Shown here in pieces: positions 1-9,958 of a stretch of DNA of 32,000 nucleotides. Position 1 is the stretch's first letter; each line of letters opens with the position of its first letter. A program made the translations under genes and the position numbers. The stretch spans positions 2,389,136 to 2,421,135 of the forward strand of contig OY968778.1 of assembly GCA_963695235.1 (NCBI GenBank), given 5' to 3'. This stretch comes from an uncultured Nitriliruptoraceae bacterium. GTDB lineage: Bacteria; Actinomycetota; Nitriliruptoria; Nitriliruptorales; Nitriliruptoraceae. The notes under the pieces were generated by a model, which saw only the letters and a program-made list of their open reading frames with translations, did no database searches and was not told the origin of the DNA.

Positions 1-690
1 TCGAGGACCCTGTCACGGGGTCTCTCCCTGCTCAACGCATTGGGGGAGCACAGCGACGGTGCGACCGTGTCGGGTCTGGCCGAGACCACCGGGCTCGATC
101 GAGCGGTGCTGTACCGGCTGCTCGACACCCTTACGGCCGAAGGGTTCGTGACCAGGGACACCGAGACGCGCAAGTACCGGCTGGGTCTGTCGATGCTCGA
201 GCTCGGGGTGCGTGCCGCGCAGGGCCTCGAGGTCCGTCGGCTCGCCGGGCCGCCCCTGCGGTCGCTGTCGGAGGACACCAACGAGACGTCCTGCCTCGCC
301 GTGCGGGACCGTGACGACCTCGTCGTCGTCGAGGTGATCGAGCCGGGTGACCGGTTCGTCCAGGTGAACTACCGGGTCGGCTTCCGGCACCCGCTGGGCG
401 TTGCCGCCCACGGCAAGGCCCTGCTGGCCTTCCTCCCCGAGGGTGCCCGCAACCCGGACCTGCAGCCGGTGCGCCAACGCGGCGTCGCCTACACCAGGGA
501 CGAGCTCGAGGCCGGGGCGTCCGGGGTCGCGGCTCCCGTGTTCGACCACACCGGCCGGGCCGTCGCCGCCGTCGGGATCGTGGCGCCCACCGCCCGGCTC
601 CCCGAACCGGAGGCCATCGCCCTGCGTGTGCTGCGGTCCGCTCGCGAGATCTCCGAGCGGCTGGGCTGGCGTCCGCGCCGCGCGACCTGA
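1..690 (+). CDS. IclR-family transcriptional regulator, 5' end truncated by the window edge
   Basis: Frame 1 is open from base 1 (SRTLSRGLSLLNALGEHSDGATVSGLAETTGLDRAVLYRLLDTLTAEGFV...), giving an IclR wHTH followed by an effector domain (SCLAVRDRDDLVVVEVIEP...RHPLGVAAHGKALLA). The supplied ATG-like start at 40 is internal. Confidence 0.88.
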   Translation, partial: SRTLSRGLSLLNALGEHSDGATVSGLAETTGLDRAVLYRLLDTLTAEGFVTRDTETRKYRLGLSMLELGVRAAQGLEVRRLAGPPLRSLSEDTNETSCLAVRDRDDLVVVEVIEPGDRFVQVNYRVGFRHPLGVAAHGKALLAFLPEGARNPDLQPVRQRGVAYTRDELEAGASGVAAPVFDHTGRAVAAVGIVAPTARLPEPEAIALRVLRSAREISERLGWRPRRAT

Positions 691-713
691 GCCGCGCGGA
701 GCCAGGCGGACGC

Positions 714-1394
714 ATGGGTCACCCCCGGGACGAGCTGGCATTGGCGACCGTGGAGCTGCTCGGCGCCCTCGCCTACGGCCAGTTGCGCTCGTTCGAGGCC
801 GCGGCCCGGGTGATCGGGCTGGCCCCCGATGCGCGGACCGCCGATGCGATCGCGCGGGCGGCCGCGGCCGAGTTCGATCGCTACGAACGGCTCCGCGACC
901 ACCTCGGCACTCGAACGGAGCTCGCGACCGCGGTCATGGACCGGCAGAAGCCGTCCTTCGACCGGTACTTCGACCGGGCACCGTTGGACGACTGGCTGGG
1001 TGCGTGCGTCTTCTTCGCGCTCGGTGTGCCGATGGCGACCGACTTCGTCGCCGACATCGCGCCTGCGCTGGACGAGGACACCGCTCGCGTCCTGGTCGAG
1101 GCCATGGACAAGCGCGACCTCGAGCTGCTCGCCTCGGCGGCGCTGACCGGGCAACTCGTCGACGACACGGCACGTGCGCGGGCCCGGCACCTGACCGCCG
1201 ACCTGCTGGGACGTGCACTGACCACCTACCAGGGCGTCGCCGGCGACACGGACGCGCTCCGTGTCCTGCTGGCCGCGGATGCCGCGGGCTCGTCGGGCGA
1301 GCAGCGCGTGAAGCGGCTCGCGATGGCGGTGCTCGGTGCACACCGTCGACGGGCCGTCGCGCTCGGGCTGGACGATGTCGACGAGCTCAGCTGA
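714..1394 (+). CDS. Ferritin-like fold protein (MiaE-like family seen in Actinobacteria)
   Basis: 226 aa, all helical, ELALATVELLGALAYGQLRSFEAAARV...AEFDRYERLRDHL; resembles the actinobacterial ferritin-like/MiaE_2 family. Confidence 0.55.
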   Translation: MGHPRDELALATVELLGALAYGQLRSFEAAARVIGLAPDARTADAIARAAAAEFDRYERLRDHLGTRTELATAVMDRQKPSFDRYFDRAPLDDWLGACVFFALGVPMATDFVADIAPALDEDTARVLVEAMDKRDLELLASAALTGQLVDDTARARARHLTADLLGRALTTYQGVAGDTDALRVLLAADAAGSSGEQRVKRLAMAVLGAHRRRAVALGLDDVDELS

Positions 1395-1400
1395 CCCGCG

Positions 1401-2276
1401 TCACCCCACGGTGTCCGGGCGGTGGTCGCCGGTGCGCTCCTCCAGGGTGCGTTGCACGGTGAGCGAGTTCGTCACGAGCTCGCCGAAGCCCTCCGGATCC
1501 GCCAGCAGCCACGAGTGGCCGGCCTCCTCGATGATGTCCCCTGGGGCGCCCGCCGCCTCGCACAGGGCGAGGAAGGTCGCCTCCGGGACCACGTTGTCCT
1601 CCGAGCCCCACAGGATCGAGACCGGCAGCCCGCGGGCCGCGAGGGTCGCGAGCTCCTCGCGCAGATCCGCGTTGCGGGCCAGCTCACCTGCGCGGCGCAC
1701 CGCCCGTGGGTTGCTCAGCGCGTTGCCGACCAGGTCCCGCACGACGACGGGGAGGACCCGGCGGTAATCGCGCCGGCTGAACTCGCCCGGCAACCTGAGA
1801 CCCCAGTGCCACAACGGCCGGTCGGCGAGCGTCCGGTCGCCATGGCGGCTCTCCTTCCACACCGAGCCGCCGATCGAGTTGACCAGCACCAGGGCGCGGA
1901 CACGTTCCGGATGGTGCCAGGCGGTCGCCGTCGCGACGGCCCCCCCGAACGAGTGGCCGACGAGCGCGGCGGGCTCGTGGACGTCGATGATGTCGAGCAG
2001 GTCGATCACCCACGCCGCCAGCTTCTCGAACGTGTACTCGCCCTCCAACGCCTCGCTCCTGCCGAACCCGGGGAGCGCGGGTGCGATCACGCGTGCGCCG
2101 GTACGGGCGATCAGGGGCAGGGCACTCGCGTACGAGCGCGCCGAGAGCCCCCAGCCGTGGAAGAAGACCACCGGTGGGCCGTCCCCGGCGTCGCCGTAGA
2201 ACGCCGTGCGGCCGTCGAGCGAGGTCCGGTGCCACCGGAGGCGGACGTCACCGTCGATCGACACGGCGTCCGCCAC
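1401..2276 (-). CDS. Alpha/beta hydrolase
   Basis: VVFFHGWGLSARSY oxyanion region, nucleophile elbow ALVGHSFGGAVA, C-terminal EEAGHSWLLADPEGF. Confidence 0.9.
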   Translation of the reverse strand: MADAVSIDGDVRLRWHRTSLDGRTAFYGDAGDGPPVVFFHGWGLSARSYASALPLIARTGARVIAPALPGFGRSEALEGEYTFEKLAAWVIDLLDIIDVHEPAALVGHSFGGAVATATAWHHPERVRALVLVNSIGGSVWKESRHGDRTLADRPLWHWGLRLPGEFSRRDYRRVLPVVVRDLVGNALSNPRAVRRAGELARNADLREELATLAARGLPVSILWGSEDNVVPEATFLALCEAAGAPGDIIEEAGHSWLLADPEGFGELVTNSLTVQRTLEERTGDHRPDTVG

Positions 2277-2403
2277 TGTCCACCGCCACGCGCGCCACGG
2301 GCGCCTCCGCTCACGCCGCCGCCGGCAGCCGCCGGGACGGGCCGGAGTCTACCGGCGGGGGATCGCCGGCCCCGGCGACCGGGTGACGGCCGCCCAGGTC
2401 GCG

Positions 2404-3309
2404 TCACCCGCCGGGCCGTCCGTCCCGTGCCGCCTCCGAGCGTTCGCGCGCGACCTCGGAGCGGTAGCCCGCCAGGAGCTTCGCGACGATCGGTCCGGGT
2501 GCACCCCCGCCGATGGTGACGCCGTCGACGGCCACGACGGGCACCACCTCGCGGGTGGTCGCGGTGACCAGCACCTCGTCGGCGTCGAGCAGCTCGGGCA
2601 ACGGCACCGAGCGTTCGTCCACCCGGAGGCCGAGCCGTCGCGCGACGTCGAGCACCGTGTCGCGGGTGATGCCTGCGAGCAGGCCGTCCGAGACCGGTGG
2701 GGTCACCAACACGTCTCCGTGGACGATGCCGACGTTGCCGGCAGCCGCCTCGAGCACGTGGCCGTCGTCGTGCACGAGGATGGCCTCGTCGGCGCCGGCG
2801 GAACGGGCCTGCTCACGCGCGGTCAGCGCGGTGAGGTAGGACACCGACTTGACCTGCGGCAGCTCGCGAGCGAGCCGGACCGTGATGGCCGCGATGCCCT
2901 GCTCGTGCACACGTGGGTCGACCCGGAGCCGGTGCGAGGTGACCACGACCGTCGGCCCCGTGCCGGCGGCCCCGGGGAAGGGACTCGACGGGTCGAGGGT
3001 GCCGGGGGAGGTCGTGAGCCGGAGGACGCTGTCACGACCGCCGAACGCCGCGAGGTTGGCGCGCACGGTGGCGGACACGGCCTCGCGCAGCAGGTCCCGG
3101 TCGAGGCGGTACCCGAGCGTCGCGGCGCCCGTCACGGCGCGACGGAGGTGTGCGTCGCTTCGGAAGGGGTGCCCGCCGTAGGCGCGGATCGTCTCGAAGA
3201 CGCCCTCACCGCTGCGGAAGGCACGGTCGAACACCGACACGGTCGCGTCCCCCGACCGGACGAGCCGGTCGCCGACCCACACCCATGGCGGGGGCTCGAG
3301 ATCGCTCAC
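2404..3309 (-). CDS. pabC: Class IV aminotransferase, probable aminodeoxychorismate lyase (or branched-chain aminotransferase-like)
   Basis: VSDLEPPPWVWVGDRLVRSGDATVSVFDRAFRSGEGVFETIRAYGG...; KSVSYLTALTAREQARSAGADEAILV. Starts at the GTG overlapping the pabB stop. The longer ORF to 4056 is antisense/out-of-frame extension over pabB. Confidence 0.82.
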   Translation of the reverse strand: MSDLEPPPWVWVGDRLVRSGDATVSVFDRAFRSGEGVFETIRAYGGHPFRSDAHLRRAVTGAATLGYRLDRDLLREAVSATVRANLAAFGGRDSVLRLTTSPGTLDPSSPFPGAAGTGPTVVVTSHRLRVDPRVHEQGIAAITVRLARELPQVKSVSYLTALTAREQARSAGADEAILVHDDGHVLEAAAGNVGIVHGDVLVTPPVSDGLLAGITRDTVLDVARRLGLRVDERSVPLPELLDADEVLVTATTREVVPVVAVDGVTIGGGAPGPIVAKLLAGYRSEVARERSEAARDGRPGG

Positions 3310-4781
3310 GCCGCACCGCCGCCCGCGGCGAGGGGCTCGGGGTGCGGCTCGCCGATGCCGGACGGGGACGCGCCGACGGCTCGGAGGAACGCGGCAGCCT
3401 TGTCCAGGCTCTCCGCGTGCTCGTCGCCGGGGTCGGAGTCGGCGACGATGCCCCCGCCGGCGCCGTAGTCCGCGTGGCCGTCGTCGAGCGTGGCCGTCCT
3501 GATCGCGACCGACAGTGTCGCGGCCCCCGGTGCCAGGAAGCCGATGGCGCCGCAGTACCAGCCGCGCCGGACGGGTTCGAGCCGGTCGATCAGGCGCATC
3601 GCCGCGACCTTGGGGGCGCCCGTGATCGAGCCGCACGGGAACACCGCCCGCAGGAGCTCGCCGTAGCCGGTGCCCGGCCGCAGCCGCCCCTGGACGGTCG
3701 ACACGAGATGCCAGACGGTCGGATGGGCCTCCAGCCGGACCAGCTCCGGCACGCGGATCGATCCGGGTACGCACACACGCCCGAGGTCGTTGCGCTCGAG
3801 GTCGACGACCATGACGTTCTCCGCGCGGTCCTTGGCCGAGGTGACGAGGTCGTCCGCCAGCGCGGCGTCGAGTCCCGCGTCGGACGCCCGCGGCCGGGTC
3901 CCCTTCACCGGTCGGGTGCGGACCAGCGCACCGTCGACGTCGAGGAAGGTCTCGGGTGACACCGACGCGACCCCCAGCTCGGGCAGCACCGCGCCGTACG
4001 CGGCCGCGCTGTGCCCGCGCATCGCCCGGTACAAGGCCCAGACGTCGGCACTCCATCGGGCCGTGAGCCGCTGGGTCAGGTTCACCTGGAACACGTCACC
4101 CCGGCCGATGGCACGCAGGATCTCACGAACCGCGTCGAGGTGGCGCTCGCGAGGGAGGCTGCTGGTGACGGGCTGCCGTCGCTGGGGTCCGGCGCCGGGG
4201 TCTGCCGGTTCGGCCGATGCCAGGCGCCGGACGACCTCGTCAACGGTCCGGCGCCGCGCCCCGTGGCTGAGCAGGAGCGCCTCCGAGCGGTCCGGGGCGA
4301 CGGCCAACACGAGCCCGGCGACACGCAGCGACAGGTCCGGCGAGCGGCGGTCCCTCGGCGGACCGTCGCGGAGGGTCTCGACGCGCCGCGCGAGGTCGTA
4401 GGCGAGGGCGCCGACGAGACCGCCCGTGAACGGCGGCAGCGCGGCGTCGCGCGGGGCCCCAGGACCGACGCCGAGGGCACCGCCGAGCTCGTCGATGGCG
4501 CGGAACGGGTCCGTCCCGAAGGTGACGGACTCGGCACCGGGGGACAGCAGGACGGTCGTGTGTCCGTCGTCGACGAGCCGTGGTCCTCCGTGCGGGACGA
4601 CGTACGACCACCCCGCGCCCACTGGTGTGGGGGCCGATGCGGACTCCAACAGGTCGGCCGGCTGGAGGAGCGACGCGGCGCGGTCCAGGTCGATGCGCCC
4701 GTCGGCCAGCCGCGGGAGCGTCGTCACGGGTCGGACGGCGAGCCGGGTCAGGTCGGGCAGGGCGCGACCCATCCCGCTCAC
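3306..4781 (-). CDS. pabB: Aminodeoxychorismate synthase component I / anthranilate synthase component I family
   Basis: RPVKGTRPR, DRAENVMVVDLERNDLGRVC, FPCGSITGAPKVAAM, YCGAIGFL: chorismate-binding family motifs. Translationally coupled to pabC. Confidence 0.9.
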   Translation of the reverse strand: MSGMGRALPDLTRLAVRPVTTLPRLADGRIDLDRAASLLQPADLLESASAPTPVGAGWSYVVPHGGPRLVDDGHTTVLLSPGAESVTFGTDPFRAIDELGGALGVGPGAPRDAALPPFTGGLVGALAYDLARRVETLRDGPPRDRRSPDLSLRVAGLVLAVAPDRSEALLLSHGARRRTVDEVVRRLASAEPADPGAGPQRRQPVTSSLPRERHLDAVREILRAIGRGDVFQVNLTQRLTARWSADVWALYRAMRGHSAAAYGAVLPELGVASVSPETFLDVDGALVRTRPVKGTRPRASDAGLDAALADDLVTSAKDRAENVMVVDLERNDLGRVCVPGSIRVPELVRLEAHPTVWHLVSTVQGRLRPGTGYGELLRAVFPCGSITGAPKVAAMRLIDRLEPVRRGWYCGAIGFLAPGAATLSVAIRTATLDDGHADYGAGGGIVADSDPGDEHAESLDKAAAFLRAVGASPSGIGEPHPEPLAAGGGAA

Positions 4782-4785
4782 CCGC

Positions 4786-5094
4786 TCACGTGCTCGCCGG
4801 CACGCCGTACTTGCGGCGGAACGCCGTGTCGTCGAGCTGGTCGAGATCCGACTCGAGCTCCCGCTGGAAGGCGTCGGCCTGCGTCTCGTCGGAGAACGTC
4901 TGTGCCCACACGAGGGCTCCGGACTCCGCGATCTGCAGCTGGACGTCGACCATCTGTGCGCCGTCGTAGCCGCCTCGGCGGCGCGTCAGCACACGGAAGT
5001 CGCGTCGAGGGGAACGCTCGGCCACGGTGTGTGCTCGCAGGGTCGGCAGGACGCGGACGGTACCCGCGAGGTCCGACACCGGACAACGTCGCAC
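4786..5094 (-). CDS. Hypothetical protein (small, acidic C-terminal half)
   Basis: ORF ending ...YDGAQMVDVQLQIAESGALVWAQTFSDETQADAFQRELESDLDQLDDTAFRRKYGVPAST; lies between pabB and the divergent adenosyltransferase. Exact start uncertain. Confidence 0.55.
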   Translation of the reverse strand: MRRCPVSDLAGTVRVLPTLRAHTVAERSPRRDFRVLTRRRGGYDGAQMVDVQLQIAESGALVWAQTFSDETQADAFQRELESDLDQLDDTAFRRKYGVPAST

Positions 5095-5155
5095 CGGCGG
5101 ACGCTCGACCGGCGCGGGTCTCGATAGGCTCGCCGGCCAGACGAACGCGGGTGCG

Positions 5156-5719
5156 ATGAAGGTCTACACGAAGTCCGGCGACGACGGCACGACCGGGCTG
5201 TTGTTCGGCGGGCGGGTCGACAAGGACGACCTGCGAACGACCGCCTACGGGACGGTCGACGAGGCGTGCAGCGCACTCGGTCTCGCCCGCGCCGAGCTGG
5301 ACGGCCACCTGCACGACCTGGTGCTCGAGGTGCAGCGGGAGCTGTTCGTCATCGGCGCGCAACTGGCCACCTCCGTCGGGCACTGGGACCGGTTGGTGGT
5401 CGGCGTCAGCCGGGTGGACACGGCGATGGTCGATGCGTTGGACGGGCGGATAGACGCCTGTGTCGCCCGGCACCCGATCCCGAAGCACTTCGTCGTGCCG
5501 GGGGGCACGCGGGCGGCGGCGGCCCTGGACCTCGCCCGGGCCGTGTGCCGCCGTGCGGAGCGTCACGTCGTCGCCATGCGACGCGCGGAGCTGCTCCCCG
5601 ACGACGCGCCGCTTCGCTACCTCAACCGTTGTGCCGACTACCTCTTCGTGCTCGCCCGCGAGGCCGAGGGCGAACACCTGCCGTCGCGCGCCGGCCGTGG
5701 AGTCGATCACCCCTCGTAG
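5156..5719 (+). CDS. PduO-type ATP:cob(I)alamin adenosyltransferase
   Basis: MKVYTKSGDDGTTGLLFGGRVDKDDLRTTAYGTVDEACSALGLARA...FVVPGGTRAAAALDLARAVCRRAERHVV...LRYLNRCADYLFVLAR. ATG at 5156 preferred over the ORF start at 5027. Confidence 0.93.
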   Translation: MKVYTKSGDDGTTGLLFGGRVDKDDLRTTAYGTVDEACSALGLARAELDGHLHDLVLEVQRELFVIGAQLATSVGHWDRLVVGVSRVDTAMVDALDGRIDACVARHPIPKHFVVPGGTRAAAALDLARAVCRRAERHVVAMRRAELLPDDAPLRYLNRCADYLFVLAREAEGEHLPSRAGRGVDHPS

Positions 5720-6576
5720 GCATGCTCCGGCGCTGGGTACTCGCCGTCCGCGACCTCGTGCTGGAAGGCCTTCACCGCGGTCACGATCTCCGAGCGAAGG
5801 TCTGCGTACTGCTTGACGAAGCGCGGTAGGCGTCCGGTCGTCAGGCCCAGAAGGTCGTGCCAGACGAGCACCTGGCCGTCGGTGTCCGGGCCGGCGCCGA
5901 TGCCGATCGTCGGCACGTCGACCGCCGCCGTGACCCGTGCCCCGACGCTGGTCGGGATGCACTCGAGCACGATGGCGAAGGCGCCGGCCTCGGCCAGTGC
6001 GACCGCGTCGGCGACGAGCTGCTCTGCGGCATCCGTCTCCCGCGCCTGGACCCGGAAGCCACCCAGCTGGTGCACGGACTGCGGTGTCAGGCCGAGGTGT
6101 CCCATGACGGGGATCCCGGCGCGCACAAGCCGTGCCGTCACCTCGACCATGGGTCCGCCACCCTCGAGCTTGACCGCGGCAGCGCCGCCCTCCTTGAGCA
6201 TCCGCGTCGCCGAGGCCAGCGCCTGTGCCGGCCCCTGCTGGTAGGTCCCGAACGGCAGGTCTCCGACGACGAGCGCGTCACGGGTGCCGCGGGCGACGGC
6301 CCGCGTGTGGTGCAGCATCTCGTCGAGGGTGACCGGGACGGTGGAGTCGTAGCCGAGCACGACCATGCCGAGGCTGTCCCCGACGAGCAGCACGGGGACG
6401 CCGATCTCGTCGAGCAGGGCGGCAGCGGCCGCGTCGTAGGCGGTGACCATCGCGAAGCGCTCGCCGGCGCGCTTCATCGCCGACAGCGTGTGGATCGTCA
6501 CCGGTCCGGACCGTCGCGAGTCGGCGGTGGACGGGACGGCGGCGTGCGACGGGGTTGCGGGCACGTGAACGGACAC
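5707..6576 (-). CDS. panB: 3-methyl-2-oxobutanoate hydroxymethyltransferase
   Basis: FAMVTAYDAAAAALLDEIGVPVLLVGDSLGMVVLGYDSTVPVTLDEMLHHTRAV...VKLEGG...PVMGHLGLTPQSVHQLGGFRVQ...IGIGAG. Confidence 0.95.
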   Translation of the reverse strand: MSVHVPATPSHAAVPSTADSRRSGPVTIHTLSAMKRAGERFAMVTAYDAAAAALLDEIGVPVLLVGDSLGMVVLGYDSTVPVTLDEMLHHTRAVARGTRDALVVGDLPFGTYQQGPAQALASATRMLKEGGAAAVKLEGGGPMVEVTARLVRAGIPVMGHLGLTPQSVHQLGGFRVQARETDAAEQLVADAVALAEAGAFAIVLECIPTSVGARVTAAVDVPTIGIGAGPDTDGQVLVWHDLLGLTTGRLPRFVKQYADLRSEIVTAVKAFQHEVADGEYPAPEHAYEG

Positions 6577-6687
6577 CTGGGACCCTCCCTGCCAGCCCGT
6601 GGCGCCCCCGTCTGTCGAGGGCCGGGTCCAGCGGTCGTCGTCGGTGGTTGCCGTGGCAGTGTGCCCTACCGGGCGCGTGCGCGCGGG

Positions 6688-8388
6688 TCAGCCGCGCCAC
6701 CCGCTGGTGATGGGGACCCGCCGGTCCCTGCCGAACGCGCGCTCGGTGATCTTCGGCCCGGGAGCGGCTTGGCGCCGCTTGTACTCGGCGCGATCGATCA
6801 ACTGGACGACGCGGCGGACCTCCCGCTCGTCGTGGCCGCGCTGCACGATCGCGCCGATACCCAGGTCGAGCTCGACATAGGCGCGGACGATGTCGTCCAG
6901 CACGACGTAGTCGGGGAGCGAGTCCTGGTCGAGCTGACCCGGTCGCAGCTCGGCCGAGGGCGGCTTCTCGATCGTGCTCTCCGGGATCACGTCCGCGACG
7001 GAGTTCCGCCACCGCGCCAGTTCGTACACGAGCAGCTTCCCCACGTCCTTGAGCGGGGCGAAGCCGCCCGCCATGTCCCCGTACAGCGTCGCGTACCCGA
7101 CCGCGTACTCGGACTTGTTCCCCGTGGTGAGCACGATGCTGTCGTGCTCGTTCGACAGCGCCATCAGCACCAGCCCGCGGAGCCGGGACTGGAGATTCTC
7201 GTAGGCGACCCCCGGGGTCCGGTGGTCGTCGCGGTCGAACCCGCTCACCACCAGGTCCCCGAGTGCGACGCTGGCACCCCGCAACGGCTCGGCGATCGGC
7301 ACCTCGAGGTAGCGGCAGCCGAGAGACGCCGCGAGGGCCCGCGCATCCACGAGGGAGTGCGACGAGGAGTACGGGGACGGCAACGCCACGCCCGTGACGT
7401 GCTCCGGGCCGAGCGCGTCGACGGCGATGGCCGCCGTCACGGCCGAGTCGATGCCGCCCGACAGCCCGAGGAGCGCATCGTCGAAGCCGTTGCGGTGGCA
7501 GTAGTCACGGGTCGCCCGCACGAGTGCGGCCCAGACCTCGGCCGTCGGTTCGAGCCGAGGCAGGACGTCTCGGGACGGTGACGGTGAAGGGCCGTCGGGG
7601 GGCCCCCCCGGGACCTCGAGATCGACGAGCACCAGATCCTCGACGAACTGTCCACCCCTTGCGATCACAGTGCCGGACGGGTCGGCCACCATCGAGTCGC
7701 CGTCGAAGACCACCTCGTCCTGCCCTCCGACCACGTTGCAGTACAGGACGTGCACCCCGCCACGCCGCGCATGGTGGCGGACCCAGCGCTCCCGCTCGGT
7801 CCGCTTGCCGTGGTGGTAGGGCGAGGCGTTGAGGTTGGCGACGACGCGTGCACCCGCGGCCACCGCGGACTGCAGCGGGCCGTCCTCGGTCCACAGGTCC
7901 TCGCAGATCGTGACGCCCACGGGGACGCCGTCGACGTCGACCACGCACGGCTGGTCCCGCGAGGTGAAGTAGCGCGCCTCGTCGAAGACGCCGTAGTTGG
8001 GCAGTCGTAGCTTGTCGTAGGTGGCGGCCACCACACCATCGCGGAGCACCGCGGCGGAGTTGGTGAGGTCCCGCGTCGCGAGCGAGACGTCCCAGTGGGC
8101 CTCGTCGGTCGCGTCACCGTCACCGGCGCCCACGAAGCCGACGATGGCGGTCGTGCCGGCGGGGCCAGCGGCCGTGAGCCGGCGCAGCGCATCGAGGTTG
8201 GCGTCGACGAACTCACGCTTGAGCAGCAGGTCCTCGGGTGGGTACCCGGTGATCGTGAGCTCCGTGAACACGACCAGGTGTGCACCGGCAGCCGCCGCGT
8301 CGCGCCATGCACGCAGCACCCGATCGACGTTGCCGTCGATGTCGCCGACGCGTGCGTCGACCTGGCCCAGGGCGACCCGTAGCGGCAT
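6688..8388 (-). CDS. nadE: Glutamine-dependent NAD+ synthetase
   Basis: N-terminal carbon-nitrogen hydrolase domain (MPLRVALGQVDARVGDIDGN...FTELTITGYPPEDLLLK), C-terminal NadE domain (LGLSGGIDSAVTAAIAVDALG, LTTGNKSEYAVGYATLYGDMAGGFAPLKDV, KPPSAELRPGQLDQDSLPDY). ATG at 8388. Confidence 0.94.
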   Translation of the reverse strand: MPLRVALGQVDARVGDIDGNVDRVLRAWRDAAAAGAHLVVFTELTITGYPPEDLLLKREFVDANLDALRRLTAAGPAGTTAIVGFVGAGDGDATDEAHWDVSLATRDLTNSAAVLRDGVVAATYDKLRLPNYGVFDEARYFTSRDQPCVVDVDGVPVGVTICEDLWTEDGPLQSAVAAGARVVANLNASPYHHGKRTERERWVRHHARRGGVHVLYCNVVGGQDEVVFDGDSMVADPSGTVIARGGQFVEDLVLVDLEVPGGPPDGPSPSPSRDVLPRLEPTAEVWAALVRATRDYCHRNGFDDALLGLSGGIDSAVTAAIAVDALGPEHVTGVALPSPYSSSHSLVDARALAASLGCRYLEVPIAEPLRGASVALGDLVVSGFDRDDHRTPGVAYENLQSRLRGLVLMALSNEHDSIVLTTGNKSEYAVGYATLYGDMAGGFAPLKDVGKLLVYELARWRNSVADVIPESTIEKPPSAELRPGQLDQDSLPDYVVLDDIVRAYVELDLGIGAIVQRGHDEREVRRVVQLIDRAEYKRRQAAPGPKITERAFGRDRRVPITSGWRG

Positions 8389-8609
8389 CCGATGTCCTCC
8401 TCGACGTCGCCCCGCGAGACGAAACAAGGCCGAAACGAAGCATCAACGCGGGGGAAATCCCCCATCCGTAGCGTCCGCGAACGTACCGGTCAGATCCGGA
8501 CCGGCGTGGCGCGCCGCAGGGCGCACCCGGCGAACCGGACAGCACCCGGACGACCCGAACGGTTCGGGCCGTCCGACCACGGGTAAGCGACTGCGAGCTG
8601 GAGGATTCC

Positions 8610-9929
8610 GTGAAGCGACTGCTGAAGTTGGGGGTGGTCACGTCCGTTCTGTTGCTGGTGATCGGCGCGCCGGCGTACGCCCAGACCGACCTGAGCCCGG
8701 AGGACCTCCGGGTGGCCGTCATCGTGCTCTACCTCATGCTGGCCACCGTGCTCGTCTTCCTGATGCACGCGGGCTTCGCCATGCTGGAGGCCGGCCTCAC
8801 CCGCCAGAAGAACGTGGCGAACATCATCGGCAAGAACCTCGTCACGATCGCGCTGGGCATACTCGTCTACTACGCGATCGGCTGGGGTCTGATGTACGGG
8901 GAGCTGGTCGGGGGCCTGTTCGGCTCCGACGGCTTCTTCCTGAGCACCGCGCCCTACGACGTCACCGAGACCGGGTACACGCTCGAGATCGACTTCGCGT
9001 TCCAGGCGATGTTCGCGGCCACCTCGGCGACCATCGTGTCCGGGGCCGTCGCCGAGCGCATGAAGTTCGGGGCCTACATCGTCGTCGCGGTCGTCATGAC
9101 CGCGATCATCTACCCCGTCGTCGGTGCCTGGACCTGGGGCGGTGGCTGGGTCGCCGAGCAGGGCTTCTCCGACTTCGCCGGCTCGACCATCGTGCACATG
9201 ACTGGTGGGCTCACCGCCCTGGTCGGCGCGGCGATCCTCGGACCCCGCATCGGCAAGTTCGACCCGACCACCGGCAAGGCACGTGCCATCCCGGGCCACT
9301 CGATGCCGTTCGTGGCGCTCGGGACCCTGCTGCTGTTCTTCGGGTGGTTCGGGTTCAACGGCGGCTCGGTCCTCGAGCTCGACGGGCCGCTGATCGGCTC
9401 GGTCATCGTGACCACCGCGCTCGCCGGTGCGGCAGGCGGTGCGGCAGCCTGTGCGTACACACGCCTTCGCAACGGCAAGTGGGACGTCGCGATGATGGCG
9501 AACGGGCTGCTGGCGGGCCTCGTCGGCATCACGGCAGGGGCCGACGCGGTCTCCAACGAGATGGCGGTCGTCGTCGGACTGCTCGCTGGCGTGCTGGTCG
9601 CGGTCTCGGTGTCGGCGATCGACGCACTGAAGATCGACGACCCCGTCGGTGCGATCTCCGTCCACGGCACGTGCGGGATCCTCGGCACGCTGTGGGTCGG
9701 TCTGGCCGCGACGGACGGCGGGCTGTTCTTCGGCGGTGGCGCGGACCTGCTGTTCTCGCAGGTGGTCGGCATCGTGGGCATCGCGGCCTGGGTGGCCGTG
9801 AGCGCGGGCATCCTGTTCGGCACGCTCAAGGCCCTGGGCCAGCTGCGCGTGCCGGAGGAGGAGGAGATCGCCGGCCTGGACGTGTACGAGCACGGCGTGG
9901 CCGGCTACCCCGAGCTCACCCGGACCTGA
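8610..9929 (+). CDS. amtB: Ammonium transporter (Amt/MEP/Rh family)
   Basis: Signal-like N-terminus then FLMHAGFAMLEAGLTRQKNVANIIGKNL, GSTIVHMTGGLTALVGA, LFFGWFGFNGGS, DDPVGAISVHGTCGILGTLWVGL. Confidence 0.95.
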   Translation: MKRLLKLGVVTSVLLLVIGAPAYAQTDLSPEDLRVAVIVLYLMLATVLVFLMHAGFAMLEAGLTRQKNVANIIGKNLVTIALGILVYYAIGWGLMYGELVGGLFGSDGFFLSTAPYDVTETGYTLEIDFAFQAMFAATSATIVSGAVAERMKFGAYIVVAVVMTAIIYPVVGAWTWGGGWVAEQGFSDFAGSTIVHMTGGLTALVGAAILGPRIGKFDPTTGKARAIPGHSMPFVALGTLLLFFGWFGFNGGSVLELDGPLIGSVIVTTALAGAAGGAAACAYTRLRNGKWDVAMMANGLLAGLVGITAGADAVSNEMAVVVGLLAGVLVAVSVSAIDALKIDDPVGAISVHGTCGILGTLWVGLAATDGGLFFGGGADLLFSQVVGIVGIAAWVAVSAGILFGTLKALGQLRVPEEEEIAGLDVYEHGVAGYPELTRT

Positions 9930-9958
9930 CACCGGCGGCCAGTCGACGCCGCTCACTA

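Noticed and set aside
3310-4056. N-terminal extension of the pabC ORF (2404..4056)
   Set aside because: The extra residues are a frame-shifted reading of pabB; the aminotransferase begins at VSDLEPPPW (3309).
8554-8568. CCCGAAC-G-GTTCGGG dyad upstream of amtB as an operator
   Set aside because: A clear dyad, but short and in GC-rich sequence, with no known regulator consensus I can match; insufficient alone.
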